Shown here one piece after another: positions 19,578-29,145 of a DNA stretch of 64,000 nucleotides (its first letter is position 1; every line of letters starts with the position of its first letter). The notes below the pieces were generated by a model that saw only the letters and a list, made by a program, of their open reading frames with translations, ran no database searches and was not told the origin of the DNA. This stretch comes from an uncultured Bacteroidales bacterium (GTDB lineage: Bacteria > Bacteroidota > Bacteroidia > Bacteroidales > WCHB1-69). The stretch is from contig ONCM01000008.1 in assembly GCA_900316305.1 (NCBI GenBank), forward strand, positions 6,991 through 70,990, in the 5' to 3' direction. Both the position numbers and the translations under genes were made by a program.

Positions 19578-20642
19578 TTACGACATTTCCGTCAATTGGG
19601 TCGCCGCCTTGTATGGGGAAATCTGCTTGGATTGAATCTTCGGAATCAGTTCGTCAATGGTGTCCTGAATAGCATCATTATTGTAAAAACGGTTATGAAG
19701 CGTGAATTCTATCCAGTGGTAGAAAATATTGACTAACTGTTCGTTACGAGTTCTTTCAAAACTACCGTTACCACGGGTGAGCGTGACGAAATCTTGGATA
19801 ATCTGCCACACTTTGTCCAAAGCGAAGTTTTCCAGCGCGGAGCAGACCTCCACAGGCACATCCCAGCCGTTGTCGCTTTTCGGGAAAAGCCTGAGGGCAG
19901 CACGATACTGCGATGCCGCCATGCGAGCTTTATGCAGATTGTCGCCATCAGCCTTATTAATTACCAGTGCATCAGCCATTTCCATAATACCGCGTTTGAT
20001 ACCCTGCAACTCATCACCAGCACCGGCCAGCATGAGCAGGAGGAAGAAATCGACCATGGACTTGACCACGGTTTCGGACTGCCCCACCCCGACGGTCTCC
20101 ACGAGAATCACATCGAAGCCGGCGGCCTCGCACAGGATGATGGACTCGCGGGTCTTACGGGCCACGCCGCCCAACGCAGAACCAGAGGGCGAAGGCCGGA
20201 TGAACGCGTTCGGATCAACGGAAAGGGTCTCCATGCGGGTCTTGTCACCCAAGATACTGCCTTTGGTGCGCTCGCTGGAGGGATCGATGGCCAGCACCGC
20301 CAGCTTATGTCCCTGCGAGGTGAGCATTCCCCCGAACGACTCGATGAACGTGCTCTTGCCCACACCGGGAACACCGGTAATACCAACGCGCAGCGAATTG
20401 CCAGAATGCGGCAGACAGCGTTCGATGATATCCTGTGCCATCGTGATGTGCGCGGGATTCTCGCTCTCAATCATGGTGATGGCGCGACTGAGAATGGTGC
20501 GGTTGCCGTCCAAAATTCCCTTAACGTAATCATCCACTGTGAGTTCCGTTTTCCTATGCCGCTTGAAATTCGGGTTCACCTGCATGGGCTGTTCCACGCC
20601 CGCGCGCTCCGTCAATGCCGATTCGTAATAGGGATTAGCCAT
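19578..20642 (-). CDS. meaB: MeaB/ArgK-type G3E GTPase (methylmalonyl-CoA mutase chaperone family)
   Basis: P-loop GVPGVGKST, ETVGVGQSE and INKADG motifs. Confidence 0.85.
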   Translation of the reverse strand: MANPYYESALTERAGVEQPMQVNPNFKRHRKTELTVDDYVKGILDGNRTILSRAITMIESENPAHITMAQDIIERCLPHSGNSLRVGITGVPGVGKSTFIESFGGMLTSQGHKLAVLAIDPSSERTKGSILGDKTRMETLSVDPNAFIRPSPSGSALGGVARKTRESIILCEAAGFDVILVETVGVGQSETVVKSMVDFFLLLMLAGAGDELQGIKRGIMEMADALVINKADGDNLHKARMAASQYRAALRLFPKSDNGWDVPVEVCSALENFALDKVWQIIQDFVTLTRGNGSFERTRNEQLVNIFYHWIEFTLHNRFYNNDAIQDTIDELIPKIQSKQISPYKAATQLTEMS

Positions 20643-20643
20643 C

Positions 20644-23067
20644 TTATTTCCAATTAAAGTTGAACATTACCGCCTCTTTCATCGATTCAAAATAGTGAAA
20701 TGTCATCCCTTCGATGAAATTCTCCTTGATATCGTCAATATCTTTCTTGTTCTCCTTGGACATCACAATGTCGAAAATGCCGCAGCGTTTGGCCGCCAAG
20801 ATCTTCTCCTTGATACCGCCCACGGGCAGCAATTTGCCGCGCAGGGTGATTTCGCCGGTCATGGCAATTTTCTTACGCACAGGGACTTGCGTAAAAGCAG
20901 AGACCAACGCGGTGAGGATAGTAATGCCGGCGGAAGGACCGTCCTTAGGCGTGGCACCTTCCGGCACGTGCACATGCACTTTCTTCTTGGTAAAGTCCTC
21001 AGGATTAATACGATAGTCGGAAGCATGAGCTTTCAAGAACTCGTAAGCGATGGTGGCAGACTCCTTCATCACGTCACCGAGATTGCCCGTCATAGTGAGT
21101 TCGCCCTTGCCTTCGCTGGTGATGGCCTCCACGAAGAGAATCTCACCGCCGACAGCCGTCCAAGCGAGACCGGTGGCCACGCCGGGAACATCACCATCGA
21201 GCGCTTTCTCCTTCTGGAAAATCGGGGAACCGAGAATCTCTTTCAGCTCCTCAGGTTTAACCTCAGGACCCATCGTGCCCTTCTGCACCAGTTGGGCAGC
21301 ACGTTTGCGGATAATCTTGGCGAGGGTGCGCTCCAAACCACGCACGCCCGACTCACGGGTGTAATCCTCGATCACATGTTTCACCGTCTCCTCCGGAATC
21401 GTCAGCTGTTCGGAATCCAATCCGTTGTCTTTCAGCTGTTTCGGAATGAGATGTTTCATCGCAATAGCCAGCTTCTCCTCAGCCAGATAGCCGGGAATGT
21501 CGATCACTTCCATACGATCCAGCAACGCAGGATGGATGCTGTTGAGGTTGTTGGCCGTGGCGATAAAGAGCACCTTGGAGAGATCGAACGGGGTCTCCAA
21601 GTAGTTGTCGTTGAAGGTGCTGTTCTGTTCGGGATCCATCACTTCGAGCAACGCTGCAGAAGGATCACCGTTGACGCCCATGCCAGAGACTTTGTCGATT
21701 TCGTCCAGCACGAAAACAGGGTTGGCATACCCAACCTTGCGCATGTTTTGGATGATGCGGCCGGGCATTGCGCCGATATAGGTTTTGCGGTGACCGCGGA
21801 TTTCCGCCTCGTCATGCACACCGCCCAAAGAGATGCGCACATATTTCCGCCCGATGGATTCCGCTATGGAGCGGCCGAGGGAGGTCTTACCCACACCTGG
21901 AGGGCCTGCCAGACAGAGAATCGGCGATTTCATGTCGCCCTTCAACTTCAAAACAGCCAAATATTCCAAAATGCGCTCCTTCACCTTCTCCAAACCGTAA
22001 TGGTCCTTGTCGAGAATCTCACGCGTCTTTTTCAAATCGAAATTATCCTCGCTGTACTCGTTCCACGGAAGGTCGAGCAGCAGCTCCAAATAGTTGAGCT
22101 GCACCGAGTAATCGGGTGACATATAGTTCGTCCGCTGCAGCTTTTTGAACTCTTTCTCAAAAAGATCAGCCGTCTCCTGATTCCATTTTTTCTTAGCTGC
22201 CCGTTCGCGCAATTCATCAAAATCCTTCTCCGTGGAAGGACCGCCCAGTTCCTCCTGGATGGTCTTCATCTGTTGGTTCAGGATGTATTCGCGCTGCTGT
22301 TTTTCCATCTCCTGACTGGACTTGGTGTGGATCTGATGTTTGATTTCCACCACCTGCAGTTCATGGGTCAGCATGTCCAGCACCTTATCAGCACGGGCCA
22401 TAATATCCTGCGTTTCAAGCACATCCTGCTTCTCCGCCACATCCAGGGTAAGGTTGGAAACAATGAAGTTGAGCAGGAAGGCGTTGCTTTCGATATTATT
22501 GATTGCCGTCATCGCATCGCGCGGGGTGCCGGGTGTCAGCTGCATGATGTTGCCCATCGTCTCGCGAATCATCAGCATCTTGGCCTTAAACTCCTCCGTT
22601 TCAATCACTTTCGGATCCAAATCGTTGGTTGCATAGGGATGGGCTTCGCAACGGTAGTAGGGACGGGAGTGGACCACGCGCCCCACCTCGAAAGGTTTGA
22701 CGCCCTGCACGACCATCATAAGATTGCCGTCCGGGATATTGAGGGTCTTGAGGATGCGGGCGAGGGTGCCGACGCGGTACATGTCCTTGATGGTGGGATC
22801 CTCCACGCTGTTGTCGCGCTGGGCCACTACGCCGATGGGCTCGTCGGAGTTGGCGCAGTCACGAGCCAACCGCAACGATTTTTCACGGCCGATGGTGATG
22901 GGGATGACCATGCCGGGGAAGAGCACGGTGTTGCGCAGCGGGAGAAGGGGAACCTCCTCCGGCAAATATTCTTCGCTGAGCTTCACCTCATCCTCCACAG
23001 ACAGGATAGGGATAACATTCGACTCCCCTGTCATAAAACCGCCTGCAGCTATAATATCTTTAATCAT
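20644..23067 (-). CDS. lon: ATP-dependent Lon protease
   Basis: 807 aa with LON N-domain, AAA+ Walker [10 protein letters not shown] and protease motif PKDGPSAG. Confidence 0.95.
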   Translation of the reverse strand: MIKDIIAAGGFMTGESNVIPILSVEDEVKLSEEYLPEEVPLLPLRNTVLFPGMVIPITIGREKSLRLARDCANSDEPIGVVAQRDNSVEDPTIKDMYRVGTLARILKTLNIPDGNLMMVVQGVKPFEVGRVVHSRPYYRCEAHPYATNDLDPKVIETEEFKAKMLMIRETMGNIMQLTPGTPRDAMTAINNIESNAFLLNFIVSNLTLDVAEKQDVLETQDIMARADKVLDMLTHELQVVEIKHQIHTKSSQEMEKQQREYILNQQMKTIQEELGGPSTEKDFDELRERAAKKKWNQETADLFEKEFKKLQRTNYMSPDYSVQLNYLELLLDLPWNEYSEDNFDLKKTREILDKDHYGLEKVKERILEYLAVLKLKGDMKSPILCLAGPPGVGKTSLGRSIAESIGRKYVRISLGGVHDEAEIRGHRKTYIGAMPGRIIQNMRKVGYANPVFVLDEIDKVSGMGVNGDPSAALLEVMDPEQNSTFNDNYLETPFDLSKVLFIATANNLNSIHPALLDRMEVIDIPGYLAEEKLAIAMKHLIPKQLKDNGLDSEQLTIPEETVKHVIEDYTRESGVRGLERTLAKIIRKRAAQLVQKGTMGPEVKPEELKEILGSPIFQKEKALDGDVPGVATGLAWTAVGGEILFVEAITSEGKGELTMTGNLGDVMKESATIAYEFLKAHASDYRINPEDFTKKKVHVHVPEGATPKDGPSAGITILTALVSAFTQVPVRKKIAMTGEITLRGKLLPVGGIKEKILAAKRCGIFDIVMSKENKKDIDDIKENFIEGMTFHYFESMKEAVMFNFNWK

Positions 23068-23082
23068 TCCAATACATTACTT

Positions 23083-23122
23083 AAAAAAAAACTGACCTTT
23101 TTCGGGTTACAAAAAAGGTCAG
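23083..23122 (-). terminator. Intrinsic terminator of rpmE2
   Basis: 11-bp stem CTGACCTTTTT/AAAAAGGTCAG, followed on the minus strand by a 9-nt T-run. Confidence 0.8.
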
Positions 23123-23130
23123 CAAAAGTA
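23123..23130 (-). promoter_or_regulatory. Possible -7 box TACTTTTG (lon), abutting the rpmE2 terminator stem
   Basis: TAnnTTTG on the minus strand, 55 nt upstream of the lon ATG. The predicted start site falls inside hairpin 23092-23122. Confidence 0.4.
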
Positions 23131-23143
23131 CAAAATATATGGA

Positions 23144-23413
23144 TTACTTGGATTTGCCAGCTTCAAAATGGCGGGCATACTTGTTGCGGAATTTATCCAC
23201 ACGACCAGCGGTGTCAACCAGCTTCATCTTACCGGTGAAGAAGGGGTGTGAGGTGCTGGAAATCTCTAATTTCACGAGCGGATATTCATTTCCGTCTTCC
23301 CATACAATCGTGTCTTTCGTGTTAACCGTTGACTTGGTCAGGAAGGCATAATCGTTGGACATGTCCTTGAAAACCACGGTTCTATACTCCTTAGGATGGA
23401 TGTCTTTTTTCAT
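23144..23413 (-). CDS. rpmE2: 50S ribosomal protein L31, type B (no Zn ribbon)
   Basis: [10 protein letters not shown]...HPFFTGK; lacks the CxxC pairs. Confidence 0.9.
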   Translation of the reverse strand: MKKDIHPKEYRTVVFKDMSNDYAFLTKSTVNTKDTIVWEDGNEYPLVKLEISSTSHPFFTGKMKLVDTAGRVDKFRNKYARHFEAGKSK

Positions 23414-23448
23414 AATATTATTATATTTTTTTAGTCGTTAAAATTGGA

Positions 23449-23473
23449 CGGCAAAAATACACTTTTTTTTGAT
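23449..23473 (-). promoter_or_regulatory. Extended promoter ATCAAAAAAAAGTGTATTTTTGCCG (rpmE2)
   Basis: Minus-strand reading; -7 box at 23452-23459. Confidence 0.7.
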
Positions 23474-23514
23474 ATGAACAAGAGGGGGTGGAAATTTTTT
23501 ATTCACACCTGAAA

Positions 23515-24297
23515 TTATTCGTAGTAGTCGAACCGCAGATGCTTCACTGAGATGCCCTTGTTCTGCAGTTCCTGCAGCGACTGGATGCCGATTTTCAGGT
23601 GGGTGAGCGCGAAATTCTCCGTCACCTTCTTGTCCGATTGCTCTGTCTTGATACCCTCGGGGAGCATCGGCTGGTCGGAGACCATCAGCAACGCGCCCGT
23701 GGGGATGCGATTGTAGAAGCCAACCGAGAAGAGCGTGGCGGTCTCCATATCCACTGCCGTGGCGCGGATGCTGCGGAGGTAGTCCTTGAACCTCTCATCG
23801 TACTCCCACACGCGACGGTTAGTCGTATAGACCGTTCCCGTCCAATACTCTAACCCATAACTACTTATAGTGGCTGAAATAGCTTTCTCCAAGTTGAAAG
23901 CGGGCAGCGCGGGCACCTCTTCGGGGAAGTAGTCGCGGGAAGTACCTTCACCACGGATACCGGCAATGGGCAAGAGCATGGCACCCAAACCGATATAAGA
24001 TTTCAGACTGCCGCATTTGCCGAGAAACAGCACGGCCTTGGGCTTCACCGCCGTCAGCAAGTCCATGATGGTGGCCGCATTCGGACTCCCCATCTGGAAG
24101 TTGATGATGGTGATATTGTCGCTTGAGGCGCACTGCATTGAACTCTCCTTCCCGTAGATCTCGGCACCGGTCACATCCGCGAAATTCTGCACATAATTTT
24201 GGAAATTGGTCAGCAAAATGTACTGTCCGAACTTTTCCAACGGCATCCCCGTATAACGCGGGAGCCAGTTTCTTACTATTTCGTCCTTTGATTTCAT
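23515..24297 (-). CDS. Nucleoside phosphorylase-fold protein (short AMP-nucleosidase-like)
   Basis: 260 aa with a PNP_UDP_1-like core (GKCGSL, VDMETATLF). Confidence 0.6.
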   Translation of the reverse strand: MKSKDEIVRNWLPRYTGMPLEKFGQYILLTNFQNYVQNFADVTGAEIYGKESSMQCASSDNITIINFQMGSPNAATIMDLLTAVKPKAVLFLGKCGSLKSYIGLGAMLLPIAGIRGEGTSRDYFPEEVPALPAFNLEKAISATISSYGLEYWTGTVYTTNRRVWEYDERFKDYLRSIRATAVDMETATLFSVGFYNRIPTGALLMVSDQPMLPEGIKTEQSDKKVTENFALTHLKIGIQSLQELQNKGISVKHLRFDYYE

Positions 24298-24306
24298 CTT
24301 TTTTTA

Positions 24307-24384
24307 ATGGTTATGGGTCATGGGTTATAGGTTATTGAATGGTTAATGGTTAAATGGTCAATAGTCAACGGTCAACGGTCAACT
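24307..24384. repeat. Heptad-based tandem repeat, GGTTAWN/GGTCAAN family (about 11 units)
   Basis: ATGGGTC ATGGGTT ATAGGTT ATTGA ATGGTTA ATGGTTAA ATGGTCA ATAGTCA ACGGTCA ACGGTCA AC. Overlaps the aroB 3' end. Confidence 0.9.
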
Positions 24385-25369
24385 TCGATAATTGGCAATC
24401 AGGAATTGCATGTCCAATACGATCAATTAATGTAAAATTCAAAGTACCGTCGTGGTTTTTTTTGTCATTTTGCATATATGGAAGCAGTTTTTCGAGAAAT
24501 TCCGGGGTGATTTCGGGTATCTCGAAATGTTTTGTCAGAAAATCGGCAATCAGATGCCAATCCTCTTGCGGAAGATGCCCGAGTTTTGCGGAAAGGAGGC
24601 TTTCGTAATAGAGCCCTTGGGCCACCGCAATGCCGTGCGCTATCGGTCTGTCCATCTTGGCAGCATAACTTTCCAGCGCATGGCCGAACGTGTGACCGAA
24701 GTTCAGGATATGCCGCAGATTTTCGTCTTTCGAGTCTTTCCTGACTACATCTTGCTTAAAGTTAATACAAAAATCAATGTATTCCTGCTTGATTTCAGGG
24801 AAAGTGTCCGACTCGCACAATTCCCCGAACAGTTTTGCTGAACCGATGAGCGCGTATTTCACAAACTCTCCAAAACCGCTGAGCAATCCCTCCTGCGGAA
24901 GGGTTTTCAGCAAAGTAACATCAGCAGGCAACTGAATGTCAGGAAAATAAATCGTCCCGACTCCGTTTTTCATACTGGACAGGTTCACTCCGGTTTTGCC
25001 ACCAATCGCCGCATCAATCATGGCGAGCAACGTGGTGGGACAGTTGGCGTAACGGATGCCGCGCTTATAGGTGGAAGCCACAAAACCTCCCAAGTCGCAG
25101 ACCATGCCACCACCAAAATTCAGCAGAAAGACATCTTTATCGTATTGTTTTTCAGCAAGATAATCCCATACTTGTGTCGCTGTTCGAATGGATTTGGTCT
25201 TTTCTCCCGGAGCCAGTACCAGCTTGTCCACCGCAACATGTTCCGACAGTCCGTCGAAATATGCACCATGGCATCGGTCCACATTCTTATCGGTGAGAAT
25301 CACCACTTTCCGAATGTTCTCCCGACGAAAATGCTCGATGAGCTGCTGTATGGTCTTGCTTTTACCCAT
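24365..25369 (-). CDS. aroB: 3-dehydroquinate synthase
   Basis: GGGMVCDLGGFVASTYKRGI, DAAIGGKTGVN and HTFGHALE motifs. Confidence 0.9.
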   Translation of the reverse strand: MGKSKTIQQLIEHFRRENIRKVVILTDKNVDRCHGAYFDGLSEHVAVDKLVLAPGEKTKSIRTATQVWDYLAEKQYDKDVFLLNFGGGMVCDLGGFVASTYKRGIRYANCPTTLLAMIDAAIGGKTGVNLSSMKNGVGTIYFPDIQLPADVTLLKTLPQEGLLSGFGEFVKYALIGSAKLFGELCESDTFPEIKQEYIDFCINFKQDVVRKDSKDENLRHILNFGHTFGHALESYAAKMDRPIAHGIAVAQGLYYESLLSAKLGHLPQEDWHLIADFLTKHFEIPEITPEFLEKLLPYMQNDKKNHDGTLNFTLIDRIGHAIPDCQLSKLTVDR

Positions 25370-25725
25370 TATCCTTCCATTTGCACGGCCACGTATTCAG
25401 TTTTGCCATCCAACGGCGGATTCAACTTGCAAAGTTTCACCGTAACATGCTGTACCTGTGGGAAATCGATCTTGATGTCACGAACGATGTGGTCGGCCAC
25501 CGTCTCAATCAGATGCTGCGGCTCGTTCATCACCTTCTGGATGGTCTTATACACCAGCTGGTAATTCACGGACTTCTCCACGTCATCGCTCGCAACCGCC
25601 GCCTCCGCATCATACGTAAGCGTCACATCCACAGTAAAATGCGTGCCAATCTTCTGTTCCTCTTCGAAACATCCATGATACGCATAAAATCTCATTCCGC
25701 TGAGAAAAATCGTAGTGTTTTTCAT
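25369..25725 (-). CDS. folB: Dihydroneopterin aldolase
   Basis: 118 aa; GCFEEEQKIGTHFTVD...VNYQLVY is typical FolB. Its stop overlaps the aroB ATG by 1 nt. Confidence 0.85.
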   Translation of the reverse strand: MKNTTIFLSGMRFYAYHGCFEEEQKIGTHFTVDVTLTYDAEAAVASDDVEKSVNYQLVYKTIQKVMNEPQHLIETVADHIVRDIKIDFPQVQHVTVKLCKLNPPLDGKTEYVAVQMEG

Positions 25726-25743
25726 AATTTACATTCTCTCTAA

Positions 25744-25776
25744 AACTACTAACTGCTAACTACTAACTGCTAACTA
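25744..25776. repeat. Heptad tandem repeat, AACTNCT family (4.7 units)
   Basis: AACTACT AACTGCT AACTACT AACTGCT AACTA. The first 32 nt are identical to 29170-29201. Confidence 0.95.
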
Positions 25777-26907
25777 TTTCGGTGTCATTTTCAGCATTAT
25801 AATCGTGATAATCAGATAGATGATATTCGGCAGCCACGTGCCAAGGACGGGGGGCAGACCGCCAGAGACGGAGAAGACCGTGGACACCTGCTGGAGGAAG
25901 ATGAACGAGAAGGCCAACCCCATGCCGATGAAGATATGTACACCGACACCACGGGTGGATTTACGGCACGAAACGCTCACGCCCAGTAACGTCATGATAA
26001 TGATACCCAGTGGGTTAGCCAAACGTTTGTGCTGCTCAATCTGATAGTTGGCCAACAGCGACGAACCCCTCATCTTCTCCTCCTTGATGAACTGCCGCAA
26101 CTCGGTGTAGGACATCGTCTCGCTCACGAACGCATCCTGATAGAGGTTCCGCGGCAGGATGTTGAACACCGTGTCGAATTCCTCCCCGCCGATTATCAGC
26201 TCCATGCCCTGAGGGGTGATTACGCGACGGGTATAGTTGTGCAATTGCCAGCATTGGTTCTCTTCGTCGTAGTTGATCGTTCGGGCGGAAATCTTCTGCC
26301 GGATAGAATTGTTGTCAAACTCCTCGTAAGTGAAATTATAGCCAACGCCCTCCATCTTGTCCCATCTTTCCACGAAAATGTAACTGTTCTTGGAATTCTT
26401 GATATGCAGATAGGTGGTATTCACCCCGCGCCGACCAAAATACTGATACTTGAAATCATTGAGCTTCCGGTTGGTATTCGGAACGATGAAGTTGGCCAAA
26501 ACCAGCGAGATAATCATGATAATCACCGCCCCTGTAACGTACGGAACCAGCATTCGGTTGAAACTGATGCCGTTGTCGAAGATGGAGATGATTTCATTGC
26601 GCGAGGATAGCTTCGAGGTGAACCAGATGACACTGATGAAGGTGAACAACGGGATGAAAAGGTTGATAAAATAGGGGATGAAGTTGAAGTAGTAGCCTGT
26701 GATAACCTCTTTGGTCGGAATATTGTGCGACAGAAAACGCTGGATGTTCTCCGACACGTCGAACACCACCACGATGACCATCAGCAGCGTGATAGCAAAC
26801 ACCACCGTGCCCAACATCTTCCGAAGCAAATAGCCGTCCAAAATCTTCCAGCCTATCTTCTCCCGAACACGCTCATCAAAATCCTTAATACGCTTAAATA
26901 TTGACAT
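25774..26907 (-). CDS. LptF/LptG-family LPS export permease
   Basis: YjgP/YjgQ-like topology and sequence. Start uncertain: ATG 26907 (MSIFKRIK) is preferred, because ATG 26943 lies in the loop of hairpin 26929-26956. Confidence 0.75.
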   Translation of the reverse strand: MSIFKRIKDFDERVREKIGWKILDGYLLRKMLGTVVFAITLLMVIVVVFDVSENIQRFLSHNIPTKEVITGYYFNFIPYFINLFIPLFTFISVIWFTSKLSSRNEIISIFDNGISFNRMLVPYVTGAVIIMIISLVLANFIVPNTNRKLNDFKYQYFGRRGVNTTYLHIKNSKNSYIFVERWDKMEGVGYNFTYEEFDNNSIRQKISARTINYDEENQCWQLHNYTRRVITPQGMELIIGGEEFDTVFNILPRNLYQDAFVSETMSYTELRQFIKEEKMRGSSLLANYQIEQHKRLANPLGIIIMTLLGVSVSCRKSTRGVGVHIFIGMGLAFSFIFLQQVSTVFSVSGGLPPVLGTWLPNIIYLIITIIMLKMTPK

Positions 26908-26928
26908 CCTGTTATTTATCGTTGTTTC

Positions 26929-26956
26929 GTAGAGACGCGCCATGGCACGTCTCTAC
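26929..26956 (-). terminator. Hairpin GTAGAGACG-(CGCCATGGCA)-CGTCTCTAC (GTAG-hairpin family)
   Basis: 9-bp perfect stem downstream of the S9 peptidase gene and upstream of lptF/G. The loop contains ATG 26943. Confidence 0.55.
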
Positions 26957-26961
26957 AAACC

Positions 26962-27010
26962 CTGTTAACCATTAACCTCAATAACCTATAACCAATAACC
27001 TATAACCATT
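26962..27010. repeat. Heptad-based repeat, GGTTAWN family in inverse orientation (NNTAACC units)
   Basis: TGTTAACC ATTAACC TCAATAACC TATAACC AATAACC TATAACC ATT. 26978-26993 is the exact reverse complement of 24323-24338. Confidence 0.9.
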
Positions 27011-29090
27011 ATTTCAGCCATTGATCCAACCACCTAAAGAACTCCCTCTGCCACAACATGGCGTTCTGCGGTGTAGAGACGAAGTGGCACTCCTCGGGGA
27101 AGAAGAGGAAACGGCTCGGAATGCCCTGCATCTGCGCGGCGTCGAAGGCCTGCATACCCTCGGTGTAGGGAATGCGGAAGTCCTTGCCGCCGTGGATGAC
27201 CAATATCGGGGTGTCCCAGTTGCCGACGAACTTATGCGGCGAAATGTTGTAGCTCGCCGGTACCGGATTCGCCCAATAGGGACCTCCGATGTCGTGGTTG
27301 GCGAAGAAGAGCTCCTCGGTGGTACCGTACCAACTTACTAAGTTGAACATGCCGCAGTGCGCGATGAACGCCTTGAAGCGCTTTTCGTGGTGGCCGGCGA
27401 GCCAATAGACGCTGAAGCCGCCGTAGCTGGCTCCCACACAGCCCAACCGGTTCTCGTCCACGTAAGGTTCTTTCGCCACATCGTCGATGGCGGCGAGGTA
27501 ATCCTTCATGTTCTGTCCACCATAATCACAGCTGATCTGATCGTTCCACTCGCTGCCGAAACCGGGCACGCCACGACGATTCGGCGCCACGATAATGTAG
27601 TCGTGTGCGGCCATCATCTGGAAGTTCCAACGGTAGGAGAAGAACTGGCTCACAGAGGATTGCGGACCACCTTGACAGTAGAGCAAAGCGGGATATTTCT
27701 TGGTGGAATCGAAGTTCGGGGGCAAAATCACCCACACGAGCATCTGCTTGCCGTCAGTGGTCTTCACCCAACGCTTCACCGTCTTCGCCGGCGTGATTTT
27801 GTCCAAAACATCCTTGTTGATGAAGCTCAGCTGTTTCACCGATTTGTCTTTCAAGTTGACAGCGTAAATTTCGGAAGGCTCCGCGTGCGTAGTACGTGTC
27901 ACAATCAGCTGACTTCCATCCACTTGCACAGTGTTGTAGTCGTAATCACCATGGGTGATTTGTTCGATGATACGCGATTCCACATCCATCTTATAGACAT
28001 GATGCGTGGCCTCGATGCAGCTGATGAAATAGACCGTTTTGCTGTCTTCGCTCCAGGAAAAGCCGGTGGCATCCTGATCGAAGTCGGTGCTGTAATCCTC
28101 TGCGGTGCCCGTCTGGAAGTCGTAGATCATCAAACTGTGCTTTTCCGACTCGAAGCCGTCGGTTTTCATGTTCCACCACACCATCTTCTTGCCGTCGGGG
28201 GAGATCACCGGGTCCATGTCGTAACCTTTGTTGAACTCCGTCAGATTCTGCGTGGTCTTCGTTTTCAGATCGTAGAGGTAAATATCGGTGTTGGTGCTCT
28301 CTGCGAACTCCTTACCTGTCAGCTTCTTACAGCAATAAACTAGTTTGCTGCCATCGGGAAGCCAGGCCACCTCCTCCATACCTCCGAACGGCGGGTTCGG
28401 GCAGTGGAATTTCTGGCCCTCCAGCAAATCCACGGCGTTATCCATGGAAGGGTAGTCGATCACGATAAGATGACTGTAAGTACCGTCGGCCCAATAGTTC
28501 CAATGACGGTACATCAGGTCGTCGTAAATCATAGCCTCCGCATCCGGCAAATCGGGGTAGCGTTCCTCGATGGTCTGTTCCAGCTGCACGTTTTGGAAAT
28601 AGCAAATGTGTTTCATGTCAGGCGCATAGCTGAAACCGTTGATGTCGCCATCCACATTGCTGATGGCTTTGGCGTTTTTGCCGTCAGGATCAGCTTCCCA
28701 AATCTGCATTCCTTTGTCGTTGGCGCGCAGGTAGGCGATTTTCTTGCCGTCGGGCCGCCAGATCGGCTGCATCTCGCTTTCCTCCGAAACCGTGATGCGG
28801 GTGGGTTCGCCGCCTGCGGCCGGCATGGTGTAAAGTTCCGTGTTGCCTTTGTTGACGCGGTAGTCGTAGTAGGTCACCGTGTAGAGCAGCGTCTTGCCGT
28901 CGGGAGAGACTTGCACGTCGCCCAAACGTCCGAGATACCAGAGGATTTTCTCGTCCATCACGCCCTTCGAGAAGTCGGGCGTTTCGCGGCTCTCCTTGTC
29001 AATCACCGCCGCCGTTTTCTCGTTCTTCGCTTGTTTACAACCACTTACCATTATCATAATTAGGGTTAAACAGAAAAATACTTTCTTCAT
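27009..29090 (-). CDS. S9-family serine peptidase lipoprotein (beta-propeller plus alpha/beta hydrolase)
   Basis: Lipobox MVSGC, TolB-like propeller repeats, nucleophile elbow GASYGG, and C-terminal IHGGKD...H. Confidence 0.85.
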   Translation of the reverse strand: MKKVFFCLTLIMIMVSGCKQAKNEKTAAVIDKESRETPDFSKGVMDEKILWYLGRLGDVQVSPDGKTLLYTVTYYDYRVNKGNTELYTMPAAGGEPTRITVSEESEMQPIWRPDGKKIAYLRANDKGMQIWEADPDGKNAKAISNVDGDINGFSYAPDMKHICYFQNVQLEQTIEERYPDLPDAEAMIYDDLMYRHWNYWADGTYSHLIVIDYPSMDNAVDLLEGQKFHCPNPPFGGMEEVAWLPDGSKLVYCCKKLTGKEFAESTNTDIYLYDLKTKTTQNLTEFNKGYDMDPVISPDGKKMVWWNMKTDGFESEKHSLMIYDFQTGTAEDYSTDFDQDATGFSWSEDSKTVYFISCIEATHHVYKMDVESRIIEQITHGDYDYNTVQVDGSQLIVTRTTHAEPSEIYAVNLKDKSVKQLSFINKDVLDKITPAKTVKRWVKTTDGKQMLVWVILPPNFDSTKKYPALLYCQGGPQSSVSQFFSYRWNFQMMAAHDYIIVAPNRRGVPGFGSEWNDQISCDYGGQNMKDYLAAIDDVAKEPYVDENRLGCVGASYGGFSVYWLAGHHEKRFKAFIAHCGMFNLVSWYGTTEELFFANHDIGGPYWANPVPASYNISPHKFVGNWDTPILVIHGGKDFRIPYTEGMQAFDAAQMQGIPSRFLFFPEECHFVSTPQNAMLWQREFFRWLDQWLK

Positions 29091-29145
29091 TATTCGTAAT
29101 CAAAATTTGTTTTGTCCTTTAAACAGACATTAAAAATTCAACCCG

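Noticed and set aside
20695-22119. 474-aa ORF antisense to lon. Similar long antisense ORFs occur at 7328-8200, 27357-28343, 35568-36800, 38343-39203, 39275-40261 and 61959-63155.
   Set aside because: All lie fully inside well-supported genes on the opposite strand and show the same skewed composition. None has a start context or a recognisable motif. I treat them as frame artefacts.
27072-27081. TGTAGAGACG half-site inside the S9 peptidase coding region
   Set aside because: It is a single 10-mer in a coding frame (HFVSTPQN) with no partner arm nearby. A chance occurrence in about 128 kb of two-strand sequence is not negligible.
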